Part shown: piece after piece, positions 12,602-24,708 of the stretch | Layout of the letters: each line of letters begins with the position of its first letter | How positions within the stretch are numbered: position 1 is the first letter of the stretch | Assembly (NCBI GenBank): GCA_030390025.1 | Contig: JASTWF010000326.1 | Coordinates: forward strand, 496,001 to 540,521 | DNA: 44,521 nucleotides | Direction of reading: 5' to 3' | DNA from: Squalus acanthias | Lineage: Eukaryota | Notes under the pieces: model-generated | Seen by the model: the letters and a program-made list of their open reading frames with translations, nothing else | The model's database searches: none | What the model was told of the DNA's origin: nothing | Position numbers and translations under genes: made by a program

Positions 12602-13494
12602 GGGGTAAATATTCAGTTGGTTGCGCCTCCCGTTAACGCCTTAAGAGGGCGCTAATGGGGCACAAAGCCGCTAACGCCCGGGCGCAGCGATGTTTGCGCC
12701 GCTCGGGAACTTAACTAGACATTGTGCGGCGGCGCTAAACTTTAACGCTGCGACCACCTGCGCGCGCAGATTGTGACGTCATTCCATGGTGCAACGCCCT
12801 TGTGGCGCCCCGGAGCGGAAATTGAGTGGCGCCCCCTGCCTTACCGCCTGGCGCATCCAACGACCAGAAGACTGGAACGCTATCAATCGCTGTGGGGCTG
12901 GGGGGGGCGCTATTTAAAGGGGGCCTCTTCCTGTCTTTTATTGTTGGTGGCATTTTTGAGCTACGCATTCTGAGAGCGAGAGGGAGAGACTTCTGGAGAG
13001 ATTCAACGTTGTGTGAAGGAGTTTTGGGTACTGAGCAGCACTTTGCAGGTTCATTTTGATTTGCCATTCCTTGTATCGATTTAGCAGAGACTGTGGGAGC
13101 TGCACTCTGAGCTCTTTGCCTGGTACTCTCCATTGTTCTTTCCAGCACATTTGATGTGCAAGTCTCTCCAGGCCGAGATTCAAGGCTGCAATGAACAGGA
13201 TGTGGATGGAAAGCAAGATTAACCATCCCCTTTAAGAACTGGCCCGTGCCATTGTGTGTGTGTTCCATTGCTGACTGACATTACATGAGCTTCGCCAGCG
13301 CTCCGAGGTAGCGCCTCACTCCTTGGCCTTTGCGCCTTAAGACAGGTGTGCAGTGCCTGATTTAGCGCTCCACTCACCTCCCGGGGCGGTAAAAGTGAAG
13401 TTTCCAGTCAGTGCCGATAATTAGCGCCAGGCACTAATATTTGCGTCCAGACGATATTTGCGCCCCAAATGGGGCGCGACCTAATTTTTCCCCC
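12602..13494 (+). mobile_element. 893-bp non-autonomous Harbinger-type MITE, copy 1
   Basis: Ends ggggtaaatatt and aatttttccccc; near-identical to 25637-26529 and 34920-35812; flanks ttt/ata do not form a TSD. Confidence 0.9.
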
Positions 13495-13504
13495 ATAGTA
13501 TTTT

Positions 13505-15376
13505 AGGTGGCATGAAAAAACACTGGCGGGCTGAATAAAGGAAAATCCTAAGATGTTTTATAAGTATATTAAGGGCAAGAGGATAACCAGGGAAAGAGTA
13601 GGGCCCATTAGGGACCAAAGCGGCAATCTTTGTGTCGAGCCGGAAGATGTAGGTGAGGTTTTAAATGAATATTTTGCATCTGTGTTCACTATGGAGAAGG
13701 GTGATGTAGGCATAGAAATCAGGCAGGGGGATTGTGATATACTTGAACAAATTAGTATTGAGAGGGAGGAGGTACTAACGGTTTTAGTGGGCTTAAAAGT
13801 GGATAAATCCCCATGCCCTGACGGGATGTATCCCAGGCTGCTGTGTGAGGCAAGGGAGGAGATTGCAGGGGCTCTGACACAAATTTTCAGAACCTCTCTG
13901 GCCACAGGGGAGGTGCCAGAGGATTGGAGAGCAGCTAACGTAGTACCATTGTTGAAGAAGGGTAGTAGGGATAAACCAGGGAATTACAAGCCAGTGAGCC
14001 TAACATCAGTGGTAGGGAAATTATTGGAAAAAATTCTGAGGGACAGAATTAGTCTCCACTTGGAGAGGCAGAGATTAATCAGGGATAGTCAGCATGGCTT
14101 TGTCAGGGGGAGATCATGTCTGACCAATTTGATTGAATTTTTCGAGGGGGTGGCTGGGTGTGAGGATGAGGGTAGTGCAGTTGATGTAGTCTACATGGAC
14201 TTCAGTAAGGCTTTTGACAAAGTCCTGCATGGGAGACTGGTCAAGAAGGTAAGAGCCCATGGGATCCAGGGCAATTTGGCACATTGGATCCAAAATTGGC
14301 TTAGTGGCAGGAGGCAGAGGGTGATGGTCGAAGGTTGTTTTTGTGACTGGAAGCTTGTGTCCAGAGGTGTACCGCAGGGATCGGTGCTGGGTCCTTTGCT
14401 GTTTGTAGTGTGCATTAATGATTTAGATATGAATGTAGGAGGTATGATCAGTAAGTTCGCAGATGACACGAAAATTGGTGGAGTGGTAAATAGCGAGGAG
14501 GGAAGCCTCAGGCTACAGGACGATATAGTAGGGATGGTTAGATGGGCAGAACAGTGGCAAATGGAATTTAACCCTGAAAAGTGTGAGGTGATGCATTTTG
14601 GGAGGACTAACAAGGCAAGGGAATACACAATGAATGGTAGGACCCTAAGAAGGACAGAGGATCAGAGGGACCTTGGTGTGCATGTACCTAGATCCCTGAA
14701 GGCAGCAGGACAGGTAGATTAGGTGGTTAAAAAGGCATATGGGATATTTGCCTTCATTAGCCAAGGCATAGAATATAAGAGCAGGCAGGTTATGATGGAG
14801 CTGTACAAAACGCTAGTTAGGCCACAGCTGGAATACTGTGTGCAGTTCTGGTCGCCACACTATAGGAGGGATGTTATTGCATTGGAGAGGGTGCAGAGGA
14901 GATTAACCAGGATGTTACCTGGACTGGAGCGCTTCAGCTATGAAGAGAGACCGGACAGGCTGGGTTTGTTTTCCTTAGAGCAGAGAAGGCTGAGGGGGTA
15001 CCTGATTGAGGTGTACAAAATTATGAGGGGCATAGATAGGGTAGATAGAAAGGAACTTTTCCCCTTAGTCGAGGGGTCAATAACCAGGGGGCATAGTTTC
15101 AAGGTAAGGGGCAGGAGGTTTCGAGGGGATTTGAGGAAAAACATTTTCACCCAGAGGGTGGTTGGAATCTGGAACTCACTGCCTGAAAGGGTAGTAGAGG
15201 CAGGAACCCTCACAACATTCAAGAAGCATTTAGATGAGCACTTGAAACGCCATAGTATAAAAGGCTACGGACCAAGTGCTGGAAAATGGGATTAGAATAG
15301 ACAGGGCTTGATGGCCGGCACGGACACGATGGGCCGAAGGGCCTCTTTCTGTGCTGTATAACTCTATGACTCTATG
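13505..15376 (+). mobile_element. CR1-clade LINE (RT half with intact 3' end)
   Basis: RT reading frame 13553-15295 with a single in-frame TAG at 14720; 3' UTR gggccgaagggcc hairpin and (actctatg)2 tail. Confidence 0.93.
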
Positions 15377-15850
15377 CCTGTTCTTAGGTGCCAATCGACC
15401 TCCTAAAGGTTGAAAAATCAGGTCCTAGATGCACACGCACACCTCCGATCGGAAGTGTGCCAGCACCATCTTGGTACAGTAGTTTGTGCGTGCACACCTA
15501 ACGACCAGAGCAGGTAGATAATAACATCAATTAGTGTACAACGCTGATTTGATGCCAGCGTTGCCATTTTCAAATGCCACGCTCCAACCAAAGCCCTCTT
15601 TTAACCTCGCACAGCTGAACACGCTCAATGGCATGAAGGATCTGTCCACCAGCACTAATTAAAGGGATCATCAACTAAATACAGGTTAGTTGCTGGATTA
15701 TTTCTTATGGCTGCTGGTGGAATTCTACGGGTTTTTGAAGCTTTCCTACATTTGTCTTAAGTTTCAATAGCCTACAGCGAGTGCTCTGACTGGTGCTGAA
15801 GTACTTTTTTGTCATTTAAAAGCTTGTGCTGAAACAAGTTACTTCCAGAC

Positions 15851-17464
15851 ATGGGTGGCCTGGTAGGGCTTCTTCTTGGAATTGAGCATGACTGGGAGAA
15901 TGAACATAGGCCATGCAAAGCTGCTCGAAGAGGGAGGAGGAGGAAGGGGAGAAGGGCTCTCAGCAGGAGGCCATATTTACCGAGTGTCTTAAGGGAGCAA
16001 TTCTCTTACCTTAACTTCAGCGAGGACCAATGCATGAGACATCTTCGCTTCAGTAAAGAGGTTGTGACTGAAATCAGCCAACTGCTGCAGCCACAACTGC
16101 AACCGGGCTCTATGTGATCAAATAATTCATCAGCGACACCAGTATCCTCAAAGCAGAGCAAGGACTGCATTCCTCGTGGCTGTCAAGGTGACTGTGGTTA
16201 TAAACTTTTATGCGTCTGGCTCCTTCTAGGCTGCTGGTGGAAATATAAGCAACATCTCGCAGTTTGCAATACACTGCTGCATACTGCAGGTCACTGAACC
16301 TCTCTATACAAAGAGAGACAGCTTCATCTCATAGAAACATAGAAACATAGAATCTAGGAGCAGGAGTAGGCCATTCGGCCCGTCGAGCCTGCTCCACCAT
16401 TCAATACGATCATGGCTGATCATCCAAATCCAGTACCCTGTCCCTGCTTTAATCCCCACAGTACACATATCCCACCCGACCCCCGTAACCCCACGTATTT
16501 AATTCCCCCTAACATATCCCATCCTATCCCCATAACCCCACATATTTAATCCCCCCCTAACACTAAGGGTCAATTTATCATAGCCAAATCAACCTAACCC
16601 ACACATTTTTGGACTGTGGGAGGAAACCGGAGCACCCGGAGGAAACCCACGCAGACACGGGGAGAATGTGCAAACTCCACACAGACAGTCACCCGAGGTC
16701 AGATTTGAACCCGGGTCTCTGGCGCTGTGAGGCACCAGTGCTAACCACTATGCCACCGTGTTGCCAGAGACAAGAAGGAGGAGCGAGCATGAGGGTTTGC
16801 TCAAATTGCAGACTTCCCCATGGTGCAGGGTTCCATTGACTGCATGCACATTGCTTTGTGGCGCCTCATTTGAACTCTGCCTTTTTCCTGAACCGAAAGG
16901 GATTCCACTCCCTCAATGTGCAGCTGGTGTGCGACCACAGGCAGTGCAGGTGATCCTGCAGGATCCATTAACCTGGCAGTAGTCATGATTCATTAATTCT
17001 GCGGCAGTTCTCTGTCAGCTGCATTTGAACCACCATGGCAAGTCAAAGGCTGGCTATTGGGCTACAAGGGTTATCCACTCATGACATGGCTCATGACTCC
17101 GGTCTGGAACCCATGCACATGTGCAATGAAAGCCATGATGCCACAAGGAACATTATAAGGTACACCATCAGCGTCCTCAAACAATGCTTCCGCTGCCTGG
17201 ACCACTCTGGAAGAGCCCTGCAGTACTCAGCTGAGCGGGTATCAAGATTTGTGGTAGTATGCTGCATGCTACACAACTTTGCCATTATGAGGGAACAGCA
17301 CTTTCCACCACTTATCAGGCGAGAAGCTGAGGAGCAGGAGCATGAGGAAGTGGTGGAGGAGGAAGTGCAACAGGAAGTGGAGGAACTGGAAGAGGATACA
17401 ACATAGACAGGCCCTTTCTGACCGGGCTGTATGTGATCAAATAATTCATGAGCCATACCAGTAA
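15851..17464 (+). pseudogene. Harbinger B transposase, degenerate and split by a SINE
   Basis: [80 protein letters not shown], acidic tail. Confidence 0.88.
16330..16765 (-). mobile_element. tRNA-derived V-SINE (HE1-like) with a CR1-derived 3' tail
   Basis: Minus strand: A-box tggcatagtgg, B-box ggttcaaatc, V-domain tgtggagtttgcacattctccccgtg...ggtttcctccgggtgctccggtttcctcccaca; tail matches the CR1 3' end at 32036-32150; (ctatgttt)n end. Confidence 0.85.
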
Positions 17465-17630
17465 CCTCAACCACAACTCCCCATTCACCAACAGTCCCAC
17501 ACGCTATACCTTTCCTCCATCACTGAGCATCAAATTGTCCTCTTTCCGACAACACAAAAATAAAAGTCACCAGAAAATACACATTCCAATCCGGATTTAT
17601 AAATTAAATCAGGACATAATGCATACTAAA

Positions 17631-20549
17631 CTAGTCACCTTTGTGCATTCCCTTAGTACCTATCCTAGTGCTCCTACGAGGTGCTTTCCCAGTGGCTGCC
17701 GCATGGGTGGTGGAAGGCTGCTGACTTTCAGTTGAGGAGACTGCAGTGGAATCTGAGCTTCCATTGCAGCACTCAGACCTTTGGTGGACGCTGCTTGTGC
17801 TACAATGGAAACTGAGACATTGGCCGTCAGACGCTGCATCATTCTGGGTTCTACAGGTGTGCTGATGAAGGTGACCACCTGTTTCATGTTTGAAAGGATG
17901 GGCTCCAAGTTCTGTGCAAAGCCCTGTGCCAAGTTGGTGCTGGACTCCTCCATGCTCTTTGACATTGAGCACAGGCTTTCTGACCGGCTTTCCAATGTCC
18001 AAGCATATGGGTGTGTACACCCATCAGCCTTCTTCTGTAGCCTGGCCCATCAAAGTCCTCATCTGAGTCCCCTGCAGCAGAACTAGTGTGTGACCTCACC
18101 CTCCGGCAAGCTGGCACCTGCGCTATCCTTTCCCCCCCACCCTGGCTCCTGCGCACTTTCGCCCAGTGTCTCACCGCATGCCGATGCCTCCTCTATCCTC
18201 GACACTCTAATATGCACAATGTCAGAATCCGAGCTGGTGGCTGTGAGTGTAAGATCAAGTGATGGAGTCTCTCATCTTCATTGTCTTTCTCCACTGCCTG
18301 TGCAGGTTCCAGATCTTAGGTATCTGAAATGAAAAAGGGACCAAGGATTGGGTTGTGGTGAGGAGAAAGAGGAAAGTAAGAAGTGGGTGCTTATACCTTC
18401 TACAGCTGTTCAGTCAGAAGAGATTGAGGGAAGAGGGAGAAGTGGAATGAAAGAAGGAGGATTAGGTATGCAGATGCCCTTATCATCAAATGCTTCAGCA
18501 TCGCCAGTGGCCACGGCCTCAACGATACCCCTTCCCATGACGGTCAGCACTGTCTCCTCCATGGGGGTTAAAACATACAGGCACGCTTGTCCTCCTCCAG
18601 TTCTTTGTTGCTGCCTGCTATGCACCACCTTCTCCTGCAAGAAAGAGGGAAGTGTGTCAGTGAATGTTGTGAAATAGGTTTGCGTGATGTGGCTGTCATG
18701 ATTGAACAGCTGCCAGTGAGGGCGAGCTGTAAGTTGTGGGTGCGAGGCTTGCAACAGTGCTAAGTGTGTGAGGGTAAGGTAAAGGAAATTAATGTTAGCG
18801 TTGAGTCATAAGAACATAAGAAATAGGAGCAGGAGTAGGCCGTTCAGCCCCTCGAGCCTCCTCTGCCATTCAATAAGATCACGGCTGATCTTCTACCTCA
18901 ACTCCACTTTCCTGCACTATCCCCATATCACTTGATTCCCTTAATATCCAAAAACCTATCGATCTCTGTCTTGAATATACTCAACGACTGAGCGTCCACA
19001 GCCCTCTGGAGTAGAGAATTCCAAAGATTCACCACCCTCTGAGTGAAGAAATTTCTCCTCATCTCAGTCCTAAATGGCCAACCCCTTATTCTGAGACTGT
19101 GAACCATGGTTCTAGACTCCCCAGCCAGGGGAAACATCCTCCCTGCATCTACCCTGCCAAGCCCTAAAAGAATTTTGTATGTTTCAATGAGATCACCTCT
19201 TACTTTTCTAAACTCCAGAAAATATAGGCCTAGTCTACTCAATCTCTCCTCATAGGACAATCCCTCCATCCCAGGAATCGGTCTGGTGAACCTTCGTTGC
19301 ACTCCCTCTATGGCAAGTATATCCTTCCTTAGGTAAGGAGACAAAAACTGTACACAATACTCCAGGTGTGGTCTCACCAAGGCCCTATATAATTGCAGTA
19401 AGACATCTTTACTCTTTTACTCAAATCCTCTTGTAATAAAGGCCAACATACCATTTGCTTTCCTAATTGCTTGCTGTACCTGCATGTTAACTTTCAGTGA
19501 ATCGTGTTCAAGGACACACAGGTCCCTCTGAACACCAACATTTCCCAATCTCTCACCATTTAAAAAATACTCCTGCTTTTCTATTTTTCCTACCAAAGTG
19601 GATACCTTCACATTTCTCCACATTATATTCCATTTGCCATGTTCTTGCCCATTCACTTAGCCTGTCTATATCCCTTTGAAGCCTCCTTGCATCCTCCTCA
19701 CAACTTACATTCCCACCCAGCTTTGTATCATCAGCAAACTTGGATATATTACATTTGGCCCCCTCATCCAAATCATTGATCTAGATTGTGAATCGCTGAG
19801 GCCCAAGCACTGATCCTTGCGGTACCCCACTAGTTACAGCCTGCCAACCCGAAAATGACCCGTTTATTCCTACTCTCTGTTTTCTGTCCGTTAACCAATC
19901 CTCAATCCATGCTAGTATATTACCCCCAATCCCATGAGCCCTAATTTTGTTTAATAACCTCTTCTGTGGCACCTTATCGAATGCCTTCTGAAAATCCAAA
20001 TACACCACATCCACTGGTTCCCCCTTATCTATTCTGCTAGTTACAACCTCAAAAAACTCCAACAGATTTGTCAAACACGATTTCCCTTTCATAAATCCGT
20101 GTTGACTCTCCCCAATCCTATTATTATTTTCTAAATGTCCTTCCACCACGTCCTTAATAATAGATTCTTGCATTTTCCCTACTACTGATGTCAGTCCTGA
20201 TTGTCAGATTTTGTTGGTAGGTGAGTGATGGGGGTGTAGTGAAATGAGCAGAGCATGAGGCTATTAGTGCAGTTGGTAGGATACGTCATTTGAAGATGAA
20301 CTCACTCACCTTGACAACTCATGTGAGATCATTAAACTTCTTCCTGCACTGCATCCATATTTGATGATCAGCACTCCTGGCATTGATCATCTCCGCTACT
20401 TCTTCCCACTGCCTCCTGAGCATATGTCTGAAGGGCCTCCTGCCCCGCTGCAGATACAGGATGTCTCTCCTCCGTTCCACCTCTTCCGCCAAGGCCTCCA
20501 GTGCATTGTCTGAAAACCTTGGTGCACGCTTTCTCGCATATTCAGCCAT
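17631..20549 (-). pseudogene. Harbinger B Myb/SANT gene (exon 1 20549-20310, exon 2 from 18634), with a CR1 in intron 1
   Basis: MAEYARKRAPRFSDNALEAL...WEEVA...WMQCRKKFNDL; donor aag|gtgagt; exon 2 EKVVHSRQQQRTGGG; exon 3 similar to those of elements A, C and D. Confidence 0.85.
18807..20194 (-). mobile_element. CR1-clade LINE, 5'-truncated, intact 3' tail
   Basis: QHGF, YLDFQKAFDKV, GVPQGSVLGP, KFADDTK, RPHLEYC on the minus strand; (cttatgtt) tail; agtc at both junctions. Confidence 0.93.
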
Positions 20550-21495
20550 TGCTCAAAGTATCACAGCACTGATACAGTTTTGAAAAAACTCCCATCACTT
20601 CTTGCAGCCACAATACACCTCCCCTTTAAGAGGTGCAGGCTGCCTTTTAGTAGCACTAGCCGCTCGCGATATTGGGCCCCCTGCTGGTTCCTGCAGCCCA
20701 TGAGCAGGGCGGGGAGCGCTAACTGCACGCAAAAATCATTTAAAAGAGTAGGCAGCACAAATTTACTGTGCTGCCTGCAACAGAGTGAGCAGGCATGGGT
20801 TAATCGCGTACCGTGAATCCTGCACTCATTTTCAGGTCTTCACCAAGTTCTCGCCCATTAATTTTATTTGCAATGAACTGGCTGAAAAAGAAAACGTTCA
20901 ATCCAGTTAGTGTCTTTTGATTTCTGATTTCACTTTTGTTTCTCAGACTTTAGCAAAACAGTTTAATCTTGATTGATTTAATAAAAATGGGCAGCTACGG
21001 TTCTATCTCCATTGCACAGGCTGTAGCAAGCTAAATATGCAGTTTTATCTTAATTGTACCACTTCTGCACACTAATATCCAGAGATAATTTTACCTTCAC
21101 TATATGCACTCTTCTAAGTGGCTCCTGTTTTAATGTTTTAGTGCGAGCTCGCTTCACTCACTGATTTATGCAGTTTTGTTCGAAATTCTGTTACTTGTGT
21201 TTGACTTCCATCTTCAAATCCAGTCTAGGTTCATCAGTTTCTAAACACTCCAATTTAAGTCAATTTAAAAGTCTCAGCTTACCCTTGGTTTCATTTTTTC
21301 AAATGGTTTCCCCAACTCTGTCTCTTTGTGTTTTGCTCCTTTCAAAATGTTTGCTTTTTCCCCTTCCTTTCCTTTGCTTCCATATGAATTGATTTCTGGC
21401 ATTTTCTTTGATTTCTCCCGATCAGCCTATTCAATTGTGCTATTCTGTTGGAGATTGACACCCTTTCCTCTATATATTTCTCAGCATTACTTAAT

Positions 21496-22238
21496 GGCCC
21501 AGAAATTGATCTCGCTCTGTTCCCGCGGGGGTAAGGCTTCCCCGCGATCTCTCACTCCGCTTGTGCTTTTTCAGATCCAGCTCGCACGAACTTGATGTTC
21601 CAGACATCAGCTGGGCAGTGCTTGCGTATCCCACCGGCGTAGTGAATTCGTGCGAGCTGTGGGATCACGTGACTCAGTTAGAGCCAATGGCAGCACACCA
21701 TCTTCCATTCATAAGTTTCACATACGTGCTGTGAAATCTATGAATCTTACACCCCCCCAAAATAACAGCTAAACCTCAATTAAATTTAAAAAAGAACCAT
21801 CACATTAATAAAATAAGTATCGTTAAATAAATTAACCATTTTAAATAAAAAATTAAATTTTTGAAAAAATTTAAAATCTTTTAAAAAGTTATAAAAATAA
21901 ACTTACCTGTCTTTAAAGTCTCTAAAAAAGATATACCTGTTAAAAAAAATTCAAAAAAATACTTAATTCACTACTTACCTTGTTAAAAGTGGGTCTTACT
22001 CCTCCTTTTTCCATTTCTAAAATCTTCCGTACTTACCTGCGCGTCCAAAGCATGAAGTGCACAGCGTGCGCACAGCCTGTAGCGCGCACGCGATGCACCG
22101 AGGAACCGCCCCCTTTTCAAAAGACCAAGTGCCGGTTTTCAGCGCATGCGCAGGGCATGCAGAAAACCGGCAATTGGAGAGAGAATACGCGAGAGTACGC
22201 ACTGCGTACTCTCGCGTCGCGGGATGAATTTTTGGCCC
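21496..22238. mobile_element. Non-autonomous Harbinger-type MITE with an AT-rich core
   Basis: TIRs ggcccagaaatt and aatttttggccc; flanks aat/att; CpG-rich arms with palindromes; no coding. Confidence 0.65.
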
Positions 22239-22610
22239 ATTATTTGTCATGTTCTCTCCCTCTCTTTGCCTTGTTATGGTAATTGCAAAGTTAAAGCTCC
22301 TGTTTTTTCTGCTCTGTCGCCATGCCAGGTTTCCATTTCGGGACATCCTCCTGCTAGTGTCCCTCTAGGATGTATCTTTCCCCACTTGGCAGGTGCTTCA
22401 TCTCAGTGCCAAATTTCCTTATGAGCTTTGGCTCATATTCTGCATGTTCTGACTATATCTTTTGTTTTATAGGCATTTTTACCTATCCCCTCACTTTTCT
22501 TTCCAGGCTCCTACTTTCCCAATAATTTCAGGGTTATTCTGTCTTGGGCAGGGTGGGGAAACTCCTAGGTCAAAAAATGTGTCCTCTTAGCGCCTCCCAT
22601 TAGTGCCAGC

Positions 22611-23526
22611 TGGCAGTCAAGGTCACCGTCACCCTCAATTTCTTTGCTAGCAAATCCTTCTAGTCTGCAAAAGGAAACATAGCTAACATCTTGCAGCCAT
22701 CCATAGCTGCATCTGGGAGGTCACAGAGGCTATCTGCAGTATGAGAAGGGACTACATTTCCTTCCCCATCACCAGAGTGAAGCAGGACGAGCGTGCATGT
22801 GGCTTTGCCAGGATAGCGGGATTCTCCATGGTACAGGGTGCCACTGACTGCACCCATGTGGCTTTGTGGGCACCGCATAACAATCCTGAGATCTTCTGTA
22901 ACCGCAAGAGCTGCCACTCACTTAATGTGCAGTTGGTGTGTGACCACAGACAGTGAATCCTCAATGTCAATGCCCGTTATCCTGGCAGCAGCCATGATGC
23001 CTTCATCCTGCAGCAGACCAGTGTGCCAGCACTCTTCCAGTCACCACGTCAAACTCGCGGATGGCTGCTCGGAGACAAGAGCTATCCGCTCTCCAGCTGG
23101 CTCACGACTCCGCTCCTCAACCCCAACACTCCTGCCCAGCAATCATATAATGAGAGCCATGCTGCCACCAGGAACATCATTGAGCAGACCATCAGCCTGC
23201 TGAAGCAACGGTTCCGCTGCCTTGGCCGCTCGGGAGGAGACCTCCAGTACTCGGCTGAGCGGGTGTCCCATTTCGTGGTGGTCTGCTGCATGCTCCACAA
23301 CTTGGCCATCATGAGGGCCCAGCCCTTGCCACCAGGGATTGCGGGACCACCTCAGGAGGAGCAAGAGGGAGAGGAGGAGGAGGAGGACGAGGACCAAGAG
23401 GAAGACAAGGAGGATGACGAGGACAAGGAGGAGGAGGAGGAACAGGAGTGAGGGAGGAGGCAGCCGCTCAATTGACCTTCCGGAAGGGCGGTCCGTGATC
23501 ACCTCATCAAACTGCGGCTCGAATGA
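22611..23526 (+). pseudogene. Harbinger C transposase, 5'-deleted
   Basis: [80 protein letters not shown], poly-E/D tail. Confidence 0.9.
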
Positions 23527-23673
23527 ATTAAACCCCAGATCCCCGTTGCTCACCACATCCCCATCATTCCATCCCTGTTGCAGGCCATATCACAGCGCAA
23601 AGCTGAAATGAGACACACCACAAAATAATCCAAACTGAATTAATAAATTTATCAAAAATTACTGAACACATAT

Positions 23674-24708
23674 TTACAACAAAGATATTAAGTATTCACC
23701 CTTGTGCAATCCCTTAGTGCCTCTCGTTACTGTGCCTTTGCCTACTCTAGTGCTCCTATGAAGTGTTGGCTCAGAGGCTGCAACAGGGCTGGTGGAAGGC
23801 TGCTGAGTGTCCGTGCAGGAGACTTCAGATGGCCTTGCAGGACGCCCTCGACAGGCTGTAGACTGCACCACCTCAGCATGGGCAGCAGCAGTCTGGGCTG
23901 GCTAGATGACAAGCAGTGACAAGGGCAATGGCGGAGTGGCAGGAGCAGGAATGCTGTCATCCTGAGAGAGGACAGCAGGTTCCTGCTCCTCTGACCCACT
24001 GCCACACCAGCATCCCGAGCAATCTGTTGGAGCACAGATTTCTGGCTTGCTGCGACACCGTGAAAGCCCCGATCAACAGTGGTAGACCCAGCCATGATGG
24101 CAGCAGTCAGAGTTTGCGCGGCATCAAGCTGAGACTGCATGACAGCAGTCTGAGATTGGATGCCACCAAGAATAGACTGCATTACAGCACTAAGACGTTG
24201 CGTCGCTTCCGCCTGTGCTGCAATGGAAGCTGCCAGATTGCCCATCACACGCGGCATCAGGTCTGGGTTGTCACGGTCTCTCTGGAAGTCTACCATGCTT
24301 TGCAGACTGGGAATGATGGGCTCCATGGTGTGCTCAGAGCCTTGTGCAATGTTGGAGGCGGACTCCTCCACGCTCCTTATCATTGCTGAGAAGCTCTCAG
24401 GCACCCTTGCCATTGCACCTATCATCTCCGTGTACATGCTCAGCACCCTTTTTCTAAACGCCTCCCCATCGAGGTCCTCATCCTGTGCAACAGAACTTGC
24501 TCGCGAACTCGCCCTCCGGGGAGTTGGCCCCGAGCTACCCTTTCCCCCTGGCCTTGCTGCAGCCCACTCGTTCCCGGTGCCTCACCCTGTGCAGATCCCG
24601 CTACTATACTAGCCTCTAAAGAACGCGTAGTGCCAGTATCTGAGCTGGTGCCTGCGGGTGAGACATGCAGTGACATGGTGTGTTCGTCCTCCTCCTCTTC
24701 TCCCGCCT
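23674..24708 (-). pseudogene. Harbinger C Myb/SANT gene, exon 3 only
   Basis: EEEEDEHTMSL..SPAGTSSDTGT, VEESASNIAQG, IAAQAEAT and TKGLHKG match exon 3 of element B. Confidence 0.7.

Larger units (their letters stand above)
9348..20856. mobile_element. PIF/Harbinger DNA transposon B (defective), with a ~6-kb insertion in its left arm plus nested SINE and CR1
   Basis: Left end gagggagaaattgg matches the reverse complement of right end ccaagttctcgccc at 11/14; ATT on both flanks (9345-9347, 20857-20859); the left arm rejoins as gtagtgcct|gttcttaggtgcc across 9376/15380; convergent transposase and Myb genes. Confidence 0.7.
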
